Shown piece after piece: positions 13,449-25,835 of a stretch of 64,000 nt of DNA. This DNA comes from Lama guanicoe (lineage: Eukaryota): the NCBI GenBank assembly GCA_013239625.1, contig MU056756.1:744001-808000 (forward strand). The letters run 5' to 3'. The notes under the pieces are model-generated. The model saw nothing but the letters and a program-made list of their open reading frames with translations. It had not been told where the DNA came from and did not search any database. The first letter of the stretch is position 1. Each line of letters opens with the position of its first letter. The position numbers and the translations under genes were made by a program.

Positions 13449-13884
13449 CGCTGGCAGGCTGTACCAGAGCATTTTCTGTCCCGCTCCGTCTTCCTACTAG
13501 GGTTACAGGCGAGCATCGTGACTTTCCTGTCTGGAAACTTCCTCCAGGCTCACCGTCTGAAGCAGGAATCTTGAGCAAAATGACATTTGGGGCAAGATTC
13601 CTCTCAAGTTGCATAATCAGCACCTCCTCCCCCCAAGGGCAGCGTAAGCTTGAACGTTAATCTTTAACTCACAGCTCAGAACATCTTGGGGATCGGGGTG
13701 AAAGTCAGGGCGGTGAAAGAAGCTCCAAGATGTCCTGGGACACCGATTTCATTTTTAACACACGGGTTCCTGTCCCCGGAGTGTGGTTTTTGTGCTCATA
13801 AGCCTTCTTCATTTGCTCTCTGAAGCGTGGATTCATTCATCATTCATTTGGAAGGATAGTGTTTCGTTGTAAACGAAAACAAAG

Positions 13885-14010
13885 GCTTTGAGGTTGGCCG
13901 GGATTAGAATTCTTGCTCCATCTCACACACAGTGAAAGAGCTACATCACACTCTTTGAGAGTTAAATTCCCTCAGCTGTAAAATGGAAGCAGCCCCCACC
14001 TCCAGGGAGC
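13885..14010 (+). mobile_element. MIR SINE remnant
   Basis: GGCTTTGAGG...AATTCTTGCTCCATC...TTCCCTCAGCTGTAAAATGG resembles the MIR core. Confidence 0.55.
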
Positions 14011-15319
14011 CCTGCGTGTGTGTCCACACCCATTATTTTGTGAACTCTACCTACACTGATGTAGAGGTGCACTCTACACATTTATGTGAAGTCATACTTA
14101 ATGGCAGATACCTTGCGCTAATACTATAAATGCATACCATGAAAATATTTTACAGTGACTATTAAATTTTTATTTCTCTTCCAAAAGAACATTTACTGGG
14201 ATCAATACTAATAAACTTAGTGGCCATTTAGTGACGGTAACACTTGCCCACTGAGAATTTACCGCCTCCTGATAGTCTGCAGTCCGCTGAGGAAAAGTAC
14301 CCGCGCAGACGCCCGCCGCCCGGGGCAGACCGCAGTGCGGGGCGGTGAGGGACAGGCGTGCACCCAATAGGGCAGCTCTTGTTCACTGAGTCAGCAGTTC
14401 CTGGGGAGGACTTCCCCCTGACAGGGCTGGCCGTCCCAGTGTGAGGCTAAGAAGACAGCTCTCTGCTGTGGTGGTCTAGTCAGGACAGCTAAGGCATTAG
14501 TTTAGGCCGGGACTGTCTCTAACATGAGATGTTTGCACTGACACAGTCCACCTGGGTGCACTGTTGATTGTGGTCAATGTTCTGTGAACCTGGGAGCATC
14601 CTCTAGTCTGAGCACAAGGTTCTCAGGCACCGGCTTATAAGACACTTGGAAAAACTCAGACACGAAGAAAAGAGCTTCCAATATTTAAGGAGTAGCTTAC
14701 AAAAGAATGCAGATGCACCCAGAGTTCATGAGAGACCTGCAGAAAATACTCAGGCTGGGGCTCGGCGAGTGCAGGGGAGCAGTGGGGAAGATGGCTTTCC
14801 TTTCGTACAATATGGATAGAATACTGAAATGCGCAGGGACTGTGGTTTCCACGCCGACACACAGATACTCTAATTAATTTTTCATGCCAAGAGACTCAGA
14901 GTACTTTGTAGCAGTTGGACCAATTCCTGATGGCTACTGGAATTTAATTGCTTTTTTTTTTCCTTTGGAAAGCTGGGGGAGTGCATGAACTCTTGTGGGC
15001 TGTTAAAAGCTTGGGGGAAATTATCTGTTACCTGGTATTAGCACACGTAGGAAAACAATATCCAGGGCCCTAACAGGGCTCAGAAGGAGCACCTGGGACT
15101 TACCAGCCACCCCCTCTTCTGGGTCTAAGTACTGGATGCATACAATGCAAACTATACGGGGCAGCACAGCTGGAGAGGTGAAAATATTCGCTGGAAATCA
15201 CCCGAAGAGGCAGGGACAGAATTGCAAGTGCACGTGTGAGTTGTGCTCCCCTACTAGGACTAAGAGCTGTGGCTCCAGGCGCATGTCTTGTCTTGTGGGG
15301 CGGGGGGTCGGTCATATCC

Positions 15320-15436
15320 CCACGTGACAGAGGTGGACAGTGAACACGGAGAGGGTAAGTCTCCAAAATTCACAAGACTTGCAGTGGTGGAACTGATGTT
15401 TGAAACCCCATCTGCTGAGTCCCAAAGCCCTGCTCT
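15320..15436 (-). mobile_element. MIR SINE remnant
   Basis: ACAGAGGTGGACAGTGAACACGGAGAGGGTAAGT...TTTGAAACCCCATCTGCTGAGTCCCAAAGCCCTGCTCT is a MIR antisense pattern. Confidence 0.6.
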
Positions 15437-15869
15437 CTCTGCTGGTCCATGCAGCTTCTGAGTGCAGTTCTGAGTCCCCTGAGCCTGGAACCCAAGTCCC
15501 TGGACCCTGCATTCAGGGGCCTGTAAACCGTCACTCCCAGGACGAGCCCACAGCTTCACTTCCATTTTTCAGGCAGTTTCATGCGGCAGTAATATTTGCA
15601 CACTTCCAAGCCTACCATGCGCGATCAGGCGCTCCCTAAAATATTTAGGATAACTTGTCTGTCTGCTTGACATTTTTAAGGTTCAATTTCAGGAAACCTA
15701 GAGGTCCCTGGCATTCGAATGAACTCCTCATTAAAAGCATGTAATGTTCCTCTGCAATTTCCATTGACTGTATTGGGTCCAGAGTGCATTAAAAGAAAAA
15801 TCTAAAGTCTGAAAATAGATGAGGTTCCCTACTCTCCTGTACTAGATGGTGGAGAGGTTGCATGGATGT

Positions 15870-16110
15870 TTTCATTCATTTATTTTTTTCACTTCTTCCA
15901 TAAGTATTTATTGAGAACCTACTCTATGCCAAGCACTTGTAAAATCCAGCAGGGTGAAAGTTAAATATGACTTATTACCGGATCTCTGGAAGCTGGCAGA
16001 GCAGTGGAGAGAGCAGACCAGGACCTTAGTGGCAACGGCACCTGTGACTGGGAAAGCTGGGTGGTCACTGAAGGCTTATTCACAAAACAGGATGCAGCTC
16101 TGGTGCTGTG
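15870..16110 (-). mobile_element. L2 LINE 3' end remnant
   Basis: TTCATTCATT...TATTTATTGAGAACCTACTCTATGCCAAGCACT is the L2 3' tail in antisense. Confidence 0.6.
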
Positions 16111-17159
16111 GGTCAGTCCGACATGTCTCTTGAAAAGATGGGGTGGGGAGGTGCTGGGAATATGCATTTCAATCCCCCCTCCCCCAGACATCTTTAAATC
16201 ATGGTGTTACAAGTAGTCTCCATGTAAAAAGGTAAAGGGATGCACTGAAAAGATCCCAGGAGAGTCTGGAAATTTCTGAAGTGAATTGGGTAAAATAAAA
16301 TTGGAGCAGGATGGGAATTATTTCAGCGTCCGAAGTTCTGTTTCTGCTAGAGTGAACTGAATTTCAAGAAGTTATTTCCCGATAGTTTGCTCAGTTTCTG
16401 CCTCCTTTAACCCAAATCCTGATGTATTCTGCACAGCAACTGAATGGAGATTTTTTCACAGGATGTTCACAGGGTATTAACTCTGGTACTGAACACCCAG
16501 GGGCTCATAACATTGAACTGGCGGAGACTGTTGAAGGCAACATTTTTAAAAAGAAAAAACCTAAAAGGCTCAGGTTCTCTGTGCCTTGGAAATTTAATCA
16601 TTATTTTAAACAAAACCTTTAAAAATAGCATTCACCATCAGGGGCCCGGTCTTAACCAGCGCTGACCCGGCGGGAAGCAGCGGTGCGCGGGACAGACGGC
16701 AGTTGAGGTGGAAGGGCGTTCCATCCGGCAGGTCGTTGTGGAGCTCGCTCTTGACTGGCTCGAGGTTCAGAGGGTCCCTGGTTGCCTTTTGCTCCTGTGC
16801 CCCGTCCCCGCTGCACGGACCGGGTGTCTGTGTGTGTGTGTGTGTCCACGTTTCTAGATACAAGAACAAGTTTCAGCGTTTCTTCTGCTTGAATGTTTTT
16901 TCTACTCTGAATGTCTTCCTTTTTTATTCTGGAGTCGGTAAGGATGTGGGCAGTTTTTTAACCACTAAATATTTCAACAATGCATCGTCCCTAATTTTCC
17001 AAAAACATACACACTAAGTCCCATTATTGCATGGTTTTGTAAGGGGATGGGGGACTTGCTCGGACACAAAAGAGCTAGCTTCTGGCAGGGACCCCAGCGC
17101 GCCAGCGGGAACCTGTTTCTCACTTCTTGGTGGGGTAGTGGTTGGATTCAAACTCAGTA

Positions 17160-18790
17160 TCTACCAGGTGCCGCGGGGTCCAGCCCACAGCCCGCGCCCC
17201 TCCCCGTGCGCACAGGGACACGCCTCCAGTGGGCGCCGCTCCCCCGCCTCCGGCCGGGTTTCCGCGGGACCTCCCTGCGCCGGGAAAGGGTTACGCGAGC
17301 GGCGGGCGGGCCGGGACCCAGGGCCGCGCCGGCGCGCTCCACCCGGAGCTGCGCGCCCGAGAGCACGCGCGCCTGGCCGGGGGCTGCGGCCGCCCTCCTG
17401 CGCGCGTCCTCGCCTCGGGGCCGCTGGGCGTCTGGCGCGGCCTCCACGGACGCGGTGAGTGCCGGGCCCGCCGCCGCCACCACGGCCGGCCGGGGGCGCG
17501 CTTCCTGGGCCGGGGCCGCAAGGGACCCTCGCCGGGCCGGCTTGGCTGCGCCGGGGCCGGCGGGGCGCTCGGAGGCGCGCGGGATGATGCACAGGTGCGC
17601 GGAGGGCGGCCGCCCCGCCCCCAGGCGATCTCACAGGTGCGCGGGAAGAGACCCGCGCATGCGCGTCGGAGACCCCGGCGAGGTCTCCGCGTCCCGGGCT
17701 CGGATGGGCGCCGGGGTGGAGGGCGAGGCGCAGAGCTGCGAGGTAGGGGCGGGCCCCGAGGGGGAAGGCAGCGGCGAGACGCCCCAGGAGGCGGAGAGCG
17801 AGCGGGGCGGGGGCCAGGGGTGGGCGCTGATCGGGCCAGGGGTGGCCATGGGCGGACCTCCGTCCCGCCCCGGGCGCCGCGTGGAACGGGGGCGGAGGCG
17901 CGGGGATTCCCCTAGGGCAATCCTGCCGGAAGCGGGTGACCGCCAGTCCCCGCGCTGCGCCCGCGGTGACCGCCTCCGAGGACACAGCCCCGGGGGCGCC
18001 GTGGCCACTGCCGTTCCCGCCGCCGATCGCGCCCCCGCGCACCGAGCCCAGCCGGAGCCAGCCGGGGGCGGAGCGGCCCGAGGCCCGGCGGGGAGGAGCC
18101 AGGCCCGGCGCCCCGCTGCCCAGGCTGCGCGCTCCTTGGGGAGGCGGCCCTGGCGCCGTGGCCACGTTAGCGGCTGGCTTGGCCGCCAGTTCCCCTTTCC
18201 GAGGGGCTGCCGGGCCGTGCCTCGCGGACGGTCACAGCCGGGCAACGCTGCCCATCTGGAGGGGCTGCAGGAAGCGGGTGGGAGGTCCCTCCCCGACCTG
18301 GGGCCTGGGGGAGGGGAGGAACGTGCCGGAGTTCGTGCGGAGGCACCTCGCCGTTCCTCCTCCGTCTCCCTCCCTGACTGCCCTGCGGCCGCCCACCAGG
18401 ACCCCCGCCTCCCCCAGGGTCCCGCTGCTGCCCGGAACTGCCCGGGGTCGTGGGTGTGGGCTGGTGCTCAGCGAATGCTTTCTTTTCATCCAGGCTTCGC
18501 CCCACTGACCGACCAGACAGCCCGCCACAGTGCTTGTCGCCTGGGTTTGAACGTGCCTGACATCACGATGGCGCGGGGGCGGGAGTACTAAAAGGAGTAG
18601 CGTTTAAATAAAGACTGCGTGGAACCAGCCCACCGCACCGCGGGCTGAAGGTGCCTGGAGGGAGGTTAAATGGTTTCCACAGCAGCAGGCCTCCCGCTGC
18701 CACCCACAGGGCGGGGGGTCCCCAGCCTCCCGCGGGGGGCTGGGAGCGGGGCCGCGGGGTCGCGCCAGTCCCGCATGGCTGCTCCTGTAA
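17160..18790 (+). promoter_or_regulatory. KBTBD11: CpG island, probable KBTBD11 promoter
   Basis: About 1.6 kb of very high GC and CpG with multiple GC boxes, a perfect NRF1 palindrome CGCGCATGCGCG (17654-17665) and a duplicated CACAGGTGCGCGG E-box unit (17590, 17632). Its position between ARHGEF10 and the KBTBD11 coding exon fits the human two-exon gene structure. Confidence 0.8.
17290..17454 (+). other. KBTBD11: Putative non-coding exon 1 of KBTBD11 (5' boundary approximate)
   Basis: Strong donor GCG|GTGAGT at 17455-17460 inside the CpG island. The TSS cannot be fixed from sequence. Confidence 0.5.
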
Positions 18791-20291
18791 CGTTAAATAA
18801 GAAAGGTTTTTAAAAAATTCCACCACTTCTCAGGTTCCTACGAAACTACGTTCTCTATCTCCACCCACCCCCACATCTATTCTAAGGGAAAGGAAAAGAA
18901 CAGATCAGTGCAATAGCTTTATTTCTGCACAACCCACTGAAAGCACTTTACAATCAAATTTTAAGTCCCTGCGCAGCCCCTCGACCGAGGAATGAGGCCA
19001 CCCTGCCCCCGCCTGTACTCTGGCCGCCCCCCTCGGGTTCTCTTCAACCAGCAGTTCCTCAGCCTCTAATTAGGATCCCTTAATGGATGCGATGTTGTCC
19101 TTGGGCATTTTTCCCGAGCTAGCGGTGCCCTGCTGCTAGAATCCTCCCCACCCTGAAATGCAGAAGGGCGCTCTCCTGTTCTGTCTGACTTGCCCAGGAC
19201 AAGTGTGGTGTCTGCACGTGTATGGAAATTGGCATTCCAGCTCCCCTTCTGGGTCTAACAAAGCAAAATTTTAATGAAATAAAGTCTGTCCTGCTTTTCA
19301 TGTCACTGCATGGCCACCAGTGATACTGTAATTAGAACGCAGAACGAAACACTTTCAAAGACTTGGCTTACAGGATTCAAGGCAGTCTTAGGCTTGGGAG
19401 GAGGGGAGAAAGCAGGTAAATGTCCATCTTAGGTCAGGGAGGAGCCGCCTGGGCGCCTGGCTTGCGTGGGCATCTTGCCGTCCTAGGGTCTGGGCATCCC
19501 TGTTGCTAGGGCGGCTTCCTTTCTCCCAGAGGACCTTGCCTGTTGCTGGCTCCAGCCCTGGGAAAACAGAAGAATGTGGAAATGCAGTGAGGCCATCATT
19601 CATCTCGGAACATCTTTCTTGGCAGCCCCCATGGCTTGATTTCATTTCGCTTGTTCTGATTCAAGTAGCCGTGTGGCAATGGGAAAGCAGAGGCCTCTTT
19701 CTAGCCGAGGGTCCACGTCCAGCGACTTCGTCCTGGCCCTGAGACCAGAGGCTCTCCGTGCAGTGGGGCCTCCATGCGGGGTCATGCTTCAGTTGCTTTC
19801 TGAGTACCAGCGGTGAGTTGTCGGTATGGATGGCTCTGCCGAGCCTGGAATTACATAGGCAGCTGTCATGCCCGCAGCCTCCCTCCATCCGAGGCGGCGG
19901 ACCCTGGAGGACGGCTGCTGGGGGGCCTCGGAGCTGCCCCGGTGGCCGTCCCTGTGCAGACCGACACCAGCCCTGCCATGCTGCACATCTATCTTCCCGT
20001 GGTGAATCTGCCCTCTGGAGTTCAAGGGATTGTGGTCTCCACTGTGGCCTTGGTTTGAGTTTCTCTCTTGGAATTGCTGTAATTATGTGAACGTTATAGT
20101 GTTGGCACCGGCACATCTTCACAAGATAGTTAACAATGAGCAATGACTTCTGGAATAAAGCAGGAACTTCCAGGAGTTCGCCTTCTGCCAACAACCCAGC
20201 TCCTGCTAGGAAGGGTGTTAAACAGAGCCTTGGGAGGTGAAGCCATTGCACGCCTTATGCAACAGTCGATGGGTTAAAAATTAATTTTTCT

Positions 20292-20560
20292 TTCACAAAC
20301 ATTCATTGAATGTCTACCCCAGGTCAGGCAAAGTTCTGGGTGCTCGGAATACAGTGGCATTTAAAACAGACACGGTGCCTACCCTAGTCCCTTGCAGCTT
20401 AGATCCTAATAAGGCGAGAGTCATTGAAAGTATAATCATGTTACTTCCAGTGTAAGAACAAGCAGGCAAGTTCTCGGAAGGACAGGAATAAGCCCTAGGA
20501 AGCATCTGACCAAGGGGCTTTGAGCTGGGGTCTGAAGGGTGAGCACGACCCGACGGAGGA
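20292..20560 (-). mobile_element. L2 LINE 3' end remnant
   Basis: ACAAACATTCATTGAATGTCTAC...TTCTGGGTGCTCGGAATACAGTG...AAAACAGACACGGTGCCTACCCT is an L2 antisense pattern. Confidence 0.65.
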
Positions 20561-21117
20561 GGTCCCAGAGGAACAGGGCGCAACTGAGAGTGGGAGGGGG
20601 GCCGGGAGGTGCGCCTGAACCGTGGTCACAGATGTGCGACTTTACCCCCAATTAATTGTGCTGTTTCCTCCATGAACTCGACGGAGCTTCACGCTTTCAG
20701 ACTCGCAGCAGGACGTGGATTGTTTTTACAGCACTGAGGTCTGCTGAGTCATGAGGACACTTGTTGAAGGGGTGGTGTAGGTGGTGCTTGTGAGTCGGTG
20801 ACTGCTGCACTGCCGTCGGAGGCCATCAGTGCTGTTTTCTGGGGTGTTGTGGTTGAGGGGTCTCAGAGCTCTGCCGTCGTGTCCGAGCACTGTCACCTCC
20901 TGCTCCCACTGCGCTGGTTCCCGGCGGCTGCACACAGCTCATCCCTCTGACAGTTCCTCCTACGGTCGGCGGAGTGGTCATTTAAAGACACCGGTCTTAC
21001 TAAGTTTTGCAGCCAATCACTTCCCACTGCCGTGGGTGCAGCCCACAACATGGGTAACAGGACCCTTGCTCCAGCTGGCATGATTGTTCAGTGATCAGCC
21101 CCACAAACTTAGTGGCT

Positions 21118-21260
21118 GCTGTAGACTGAATGTGTGTGTCCCCCAAATTCACATGTTGAGCCCCTGTCCCAGGTGATGGTATTCGGAGGGGGGCTCTGAG
21201 AGGTGCTGAGGTCACGAGGGTGGAGCCTCATGAGGGCATTAGTGCACTGATAACAGAGAC
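21118..21260 (+). mobile_element. MLT1A-like LTR 5' fragment
   Basis: GACTGAATGTGTGTGTCCCCCAAATTCACATGTTGA...GTGATGGTATT...GAGGTCACGAGGGTGGAGCCTCATGAGGGCATTAGTGC. Confidence 0.75.
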
Positions 21261-24200
21261 GCACTTCTGCCACTGGCTGGGAGCACGCAAGCGGTGGGGC
21301 CGGACCACCGGGTGTCCTCTGACTCTGTGGCCTCCCCGAGTGCTCCCTCCAGCCTGGTGTCCGGTGTCCCCTGACCTCTTAGGTGTTGGCACCAGGAGTC
21401 CGAGGTGGGGTCCTCAGAGAGGAAGCTGTTATTACCATTTTCAGCGCAGCCTCACCTCAGCATAGTTGTGGGCGCTTAGGATGGAGAGGACTGGCACACG
21501 TGACCTCCGGGGGGGCTGTCGTCACCCTGAGGAGAGCTCATGGGGGTCTGGACCGAGGATGCGCCTGCACCATCCGGCCGCCGCTGGGGCCCGAACTGCC
21601 CTTCCTGCAGCTCCTGTGTGCGGCCCTCGGCCTGCCCCCCCCCCACTGTCCTCCATCCGTCTGTCTGGCACACTCTTCCTCTGGGGAGCACCTCCAGGGC
21701 AGGCCTTCCCACCTGGCGCCTCTGGAGTGCACCTCCCATCTGCATCCTGCAGGCGGTCACTGGTCACAGGCTGCCTCCCCCCCCCCGACCAGAAGCCCCA
21801 GAAAGGCAGGGGTGCGCCCGACCTGTGGGCCGTGTCTTGGGGTCTGCGTGGAGCCGGGCACGCACTGTGCTCAGCGGGGTGAGTGGCCCAATTACTAGGA
21901 CTCTTCAGAGCACAGCGCTGGCCCCAGCAGTGGGCGTCCCCCCCGGAACAGGAACGGGCTCTCCACGTGCTGTCCACTGGTGTCTCCGGGGCCTGGACGT
22001 GAGGCTGCACGCCGTCCAGTCCCGGGATGAGTGAACCAGTGAGGAGGGTGAAGAGCCACTCGGGCATGTCGTCCTGACTCGAGGCCTGCGTCTCCCGAAG
22101 GCTGGTGCTTCTGCGGCCTGAGTGCGGGGACGGCATGGTGAGGGGAGAAGCCTCACCCTCGCTGGTCCTTTGGCCAAAGAGGACGTGTGGCCAGTGTAGG
22201 TCAGTGTCACAGGATGGGACGGGACAGAGACGTCACGTGGCCGGCAGTGGAGCCGCTCGCTGCTCCGCGGAGGCCTCCCCTCCGCTGTGTGCTAGCCCGT
22301 CCCGCTGCATGAGCCCCTCACCTGGGCCGACTCCTGCTCTCCCTCCGCCGGGGAGATGGAAGGAGGAAGTCAGGTGAAGCGCTTTTAGCCGTGGAGGTGA
22401 CCACCTTCGTGCAGAAGTCAAAAGATAAAGAAAGATTACCTTCATTTCTCTTATGTCAGACAGACCGCTCGGTGATTGGTTTTTAGCGCAAATGTTCTTA
22501 CCATTTATTAAATCGATGAGACCTTATTAAAGGGTTGATACTTTGAGGGAAAATATTGAGGTGGAAGATACAGGCCCAGTTTATATCGCGAATGAGGTGA
22601 AATTCCCTTGAGAAATTTAAAAATGAACTGTAGGCGACTTCAGGCCCTCGGTCAGCATCCCAGTCTCCATGAGGACTTTTGATCGGCTGACCTCACAGGG
22701 CCTCCCCTTGGCCCAGGGTGCGGCTGGTGGTGGCCTCGGGGCCTCGTCCCCGGCTGTGAACTTGGGGTGCTTGTTGTGGGGCCCCGGGAACTGGGAGGGA
22801 GCTCGGCAGCGGTGGGACGAGGGGCTAGGGGGCGGGCGGCATCTGCTCCGTCCTGGGGGTGGCCGTCTCCCGGGGGCACTGGCGAAGGCAGATGTGTCGC
22901 GCGCTCGGCTCCAGCCTGGCCTGGGAAACCGCGCCTTCTGCGGTGCCGCAGGATCTGCAGAAACCTTGGAAATGGTCGGATCTTGGACGTGTTCTCGGTG
23001 CGTTTCGGGTTTCTGGAGTTGAGGTAGTGCCGTGGTGGGTGAGATGGGTGGGGGTCCTGGGACCTGGAGTCTAACTCAGCCTGGCACCACGAGCTGTGTG
23101 CCCCTGAGCAGGTGGTGAGTCCCATTCCTGCCCCGACGCCTTGGCTCCACGCCTTTGAAGCCACCGGAGGAGCCGCGTCGTCCTTAAGAGTCCCAGGAGC
23201 CTTGGATGGGCCCGGCCCTGCAGACCCCAACAGGGCCCTTGCTCCCCGGCCTCTTCAGTTTCCAGAACTGGTCAAGCCTGTTTCCACCGCCAGGAGTTTG
23301 CTCTGTGTTCTGCCCGCCTCTGTCTGGCTAACTTCTCTCAGAGGAGACTCACCTGGTCCCCGAGGAGAAGCCAGGCCCGTTCATCATTATCCCCAGATCC
23401 TTGTGGCTCTCACCGTGGTTTGTAATTGCACTGGAATTCACATAAGTGTGGCCTAGATCTGCCTTTGTCACTAGACCGTGAGTTCTGTGGGGCCAAGTCT
23501 GGTTCCTGCCACTTTCCGGGACCCAGGGCACTTCCTGGTACACCACAGGCATTTGGTGTATATCCGCCCAGTAAATGAGCAAAGGACTGGAAATTGTTAA
23601 TTATTTATCAGCGTTAACCGGACTTTCCCAGACTGAAGAATTGGGCGAGGGGTGGGACCTGTTCAATGCAGGGAGTCTCTCATTTCTGACTCCAGCTTCC
23701 CACTGGCAGGACTTGATTTCAGTGGGTGCACAAAACAGACTTATTTTAAGACAGTTAAGTTTACCCAAATATTGCTCAGAATTGGGCCTCAGAGCTAGAG
23801 CTTTCCGGGTAGTAATGCAATTCCAGTGCCTCTTTCCAGGGTCTCAGTGATTCTGTGTGTGATCTTAATGTTTGGCTAAGGCAGTAATTCCTGAACCTGA
23901 GCCACAAGCAGAGGCTCACGTTTCTGCTGCAGAATGTTCCCAGCTTGCTTCCCGAAGGCCCTTCCGGAAGCCTAGCGTGTAACTTGGAGTCTCTCCTGCG
24001 TGAATGCAGATTGACTCTCAGCCTTTTTCCTTCCAGTTCTTCAAGGTCTGCGATTCTGGTGACCACAGGACCTGTTGCACCTCCGGTGGCGTGTGACACA
24101 CACGCATCCTGAGCACGCCAGCAGTGCCCTTCGGCCCCCCTGCTGTAAAGTGTGGTGACTCCAGGTGCGTTGTGACATCACCAACAGAGGACCGTCTGGT

Positions 24201-25787
24201 GGGTCCCGAGGCCCCCTCCCTGCGGGTATCCAAGTGCTGGAATTAGAAGCGAAGGTCCACGATCTGAAAACCAGAGCGGATCAGCCGGTCTGTTTAGCAG
24301 AGTTTTGCGACCTGGCTGTCCTGCTGGATGTGTCCGTGTGATGTCTGTGCCTGGGCTTCGTCTTCCCCAAAGAGCCTGGAACTGTCACGGCCAAGGGCAT
24401 GGGGACACTCGTGATGGCCACCACCCTCGGTCACAGCCCCTGGGAAGCTGGCCGCAGAGTGGGGCGCCCTCCTCAAAGTATGAGTGTTTCACTGGACTTC
24501 CGAAACCCGGGGCAGCGGGGGGTGGCCCTGGGCATTCCCGTGACCGACCAGTTTCATGAACAGATACAAGTCGGGCCTTTTTATGGTCTGATGCTCATTG
24601 TTTTTTGGTCTTTTGAGATGAGTAACTTCGTGTCCTGGGCCGTCAGCTTTTCCTCATCTCCTGAGTCAAGATCGTGGGGAGCCCTCCACCTGCCCTCACG
24701 TCTGAGTTGTGCTGATGCTGGCCGGGGCCCGGCTGCTGGGGGCTCTGGGCTGGGAACGGCTTTGTTCTCGGGGGCCGGGGCTCACGGTGCGAGGTTGCGC
24801 GGAGCAGGGCTTGTGCTGGTCTGGGCCCTGCGCACGTCCGTTTAATCCCCGCGGCGACCAGTGAGGCGGGTTCTTGTTTATGGTCAGAATCACGTCAGTT
24901 TCTGGGGATCAGAACCTCACTTGTGGTCCCTGAAGCCAGAAGCGGAGCTCGCCTACCTCCCAACCCCGGCTGTGGCCTGACTGTCCGGAGAGCGTGGCCT
25001 CTCTTTCCACGTCCTGCGGTTTTGCTCTGGGTTGGCTTTGCTTTCTTCTCCTGAGGACACGCTCTGCCTCGCCTTCAGCTCCCTGACCTACCTGCGGAAA
25101 CCCTTCTCCAGCACCGACCCGAGGCCATGTCACTGCGGCAGGAAGACCTGCTGGACGGGGCACTGAGAGCGGGGCGTGGTCCTGGGCTGGACGCGTAAAA
25201 CCCACAACACTTTACGGGTATTTATTGTAGCAAGTGTAGAGCCCAGGCATGGGTTTATAGCAGAGAATAAAGCCAGCGCTAGTCCGACACCCAGAGACAG
25301 CCACGGCCCCTTTTCAAGAATGTTGCGGTGCGCCGTGCATCACGTCTCATTGAGAACACCCTAGTGTACGTCATTCTTTGTGTGGCTGAAGAGCTTTTTT
25401 GGAAGAGTTTCTAACCTGGGTGTCTTCAGACTTGTTTGTCGTAGTTTCCCTGGTCAGTGTTCATTCGTTCACCGCCAGTCCAGCCTTTCCCGGTGGCTCT
25501 GCAGGACGCATCCCTGTGCCGAGGTTGGAACGATGGATGCATTTCCATGAATTCCACATCCTCGTGGAAAAGGATGCCACGTATGCACGTGAGGCTCTAA
25601 AATAAGGCCTTCTGTGCAAACAGACTGCGCAGTAGCTCACTCCGGAAGTGAGGAAGGCAGTACCAGTCACAGCAGGTCCCCGGGGGCCTGAGCCTGCGGA
25701 TGAGCAAGAGTTCTGGCTCCGAGGAGGGCAGGGGGCTCTGGGCGGCAGAGGCGCCAGGGTGGAAGTGCACAGGGACACCTATATGGG

Positions 25788-25790
<3 letters not shown>

Positions 25791-25830
<40 letters not shown>
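25791..25830. repeat. (CA)20 microsatellite in the putative KBTBD11 intron
   Basis: Read directly from the sequence. Confidence 0.98.

Positions 25831-25835
<5 letters not shown>

Noticed and set aside
13168-13623. Pro/Ala/Gly-rich and hydrophobic VLVLV ORFs
   Set aside because: These are translations of the hexamer tandem repeat with no convincing gene structure.
14080-14345. Possible hAT-Tip100-type DNA transposon remnant
   Set aside because: Only a vague resemblance of the GC-rich end; I cannot support a call without a Dfam search.
17047-18591. 514-aa and several overlapping ORFs in the CpG island
   Set aside because: The region is open in most frames because of extreme GC; the products are Arg/Gly/Ala/Pro-rich with no recognisable homology.
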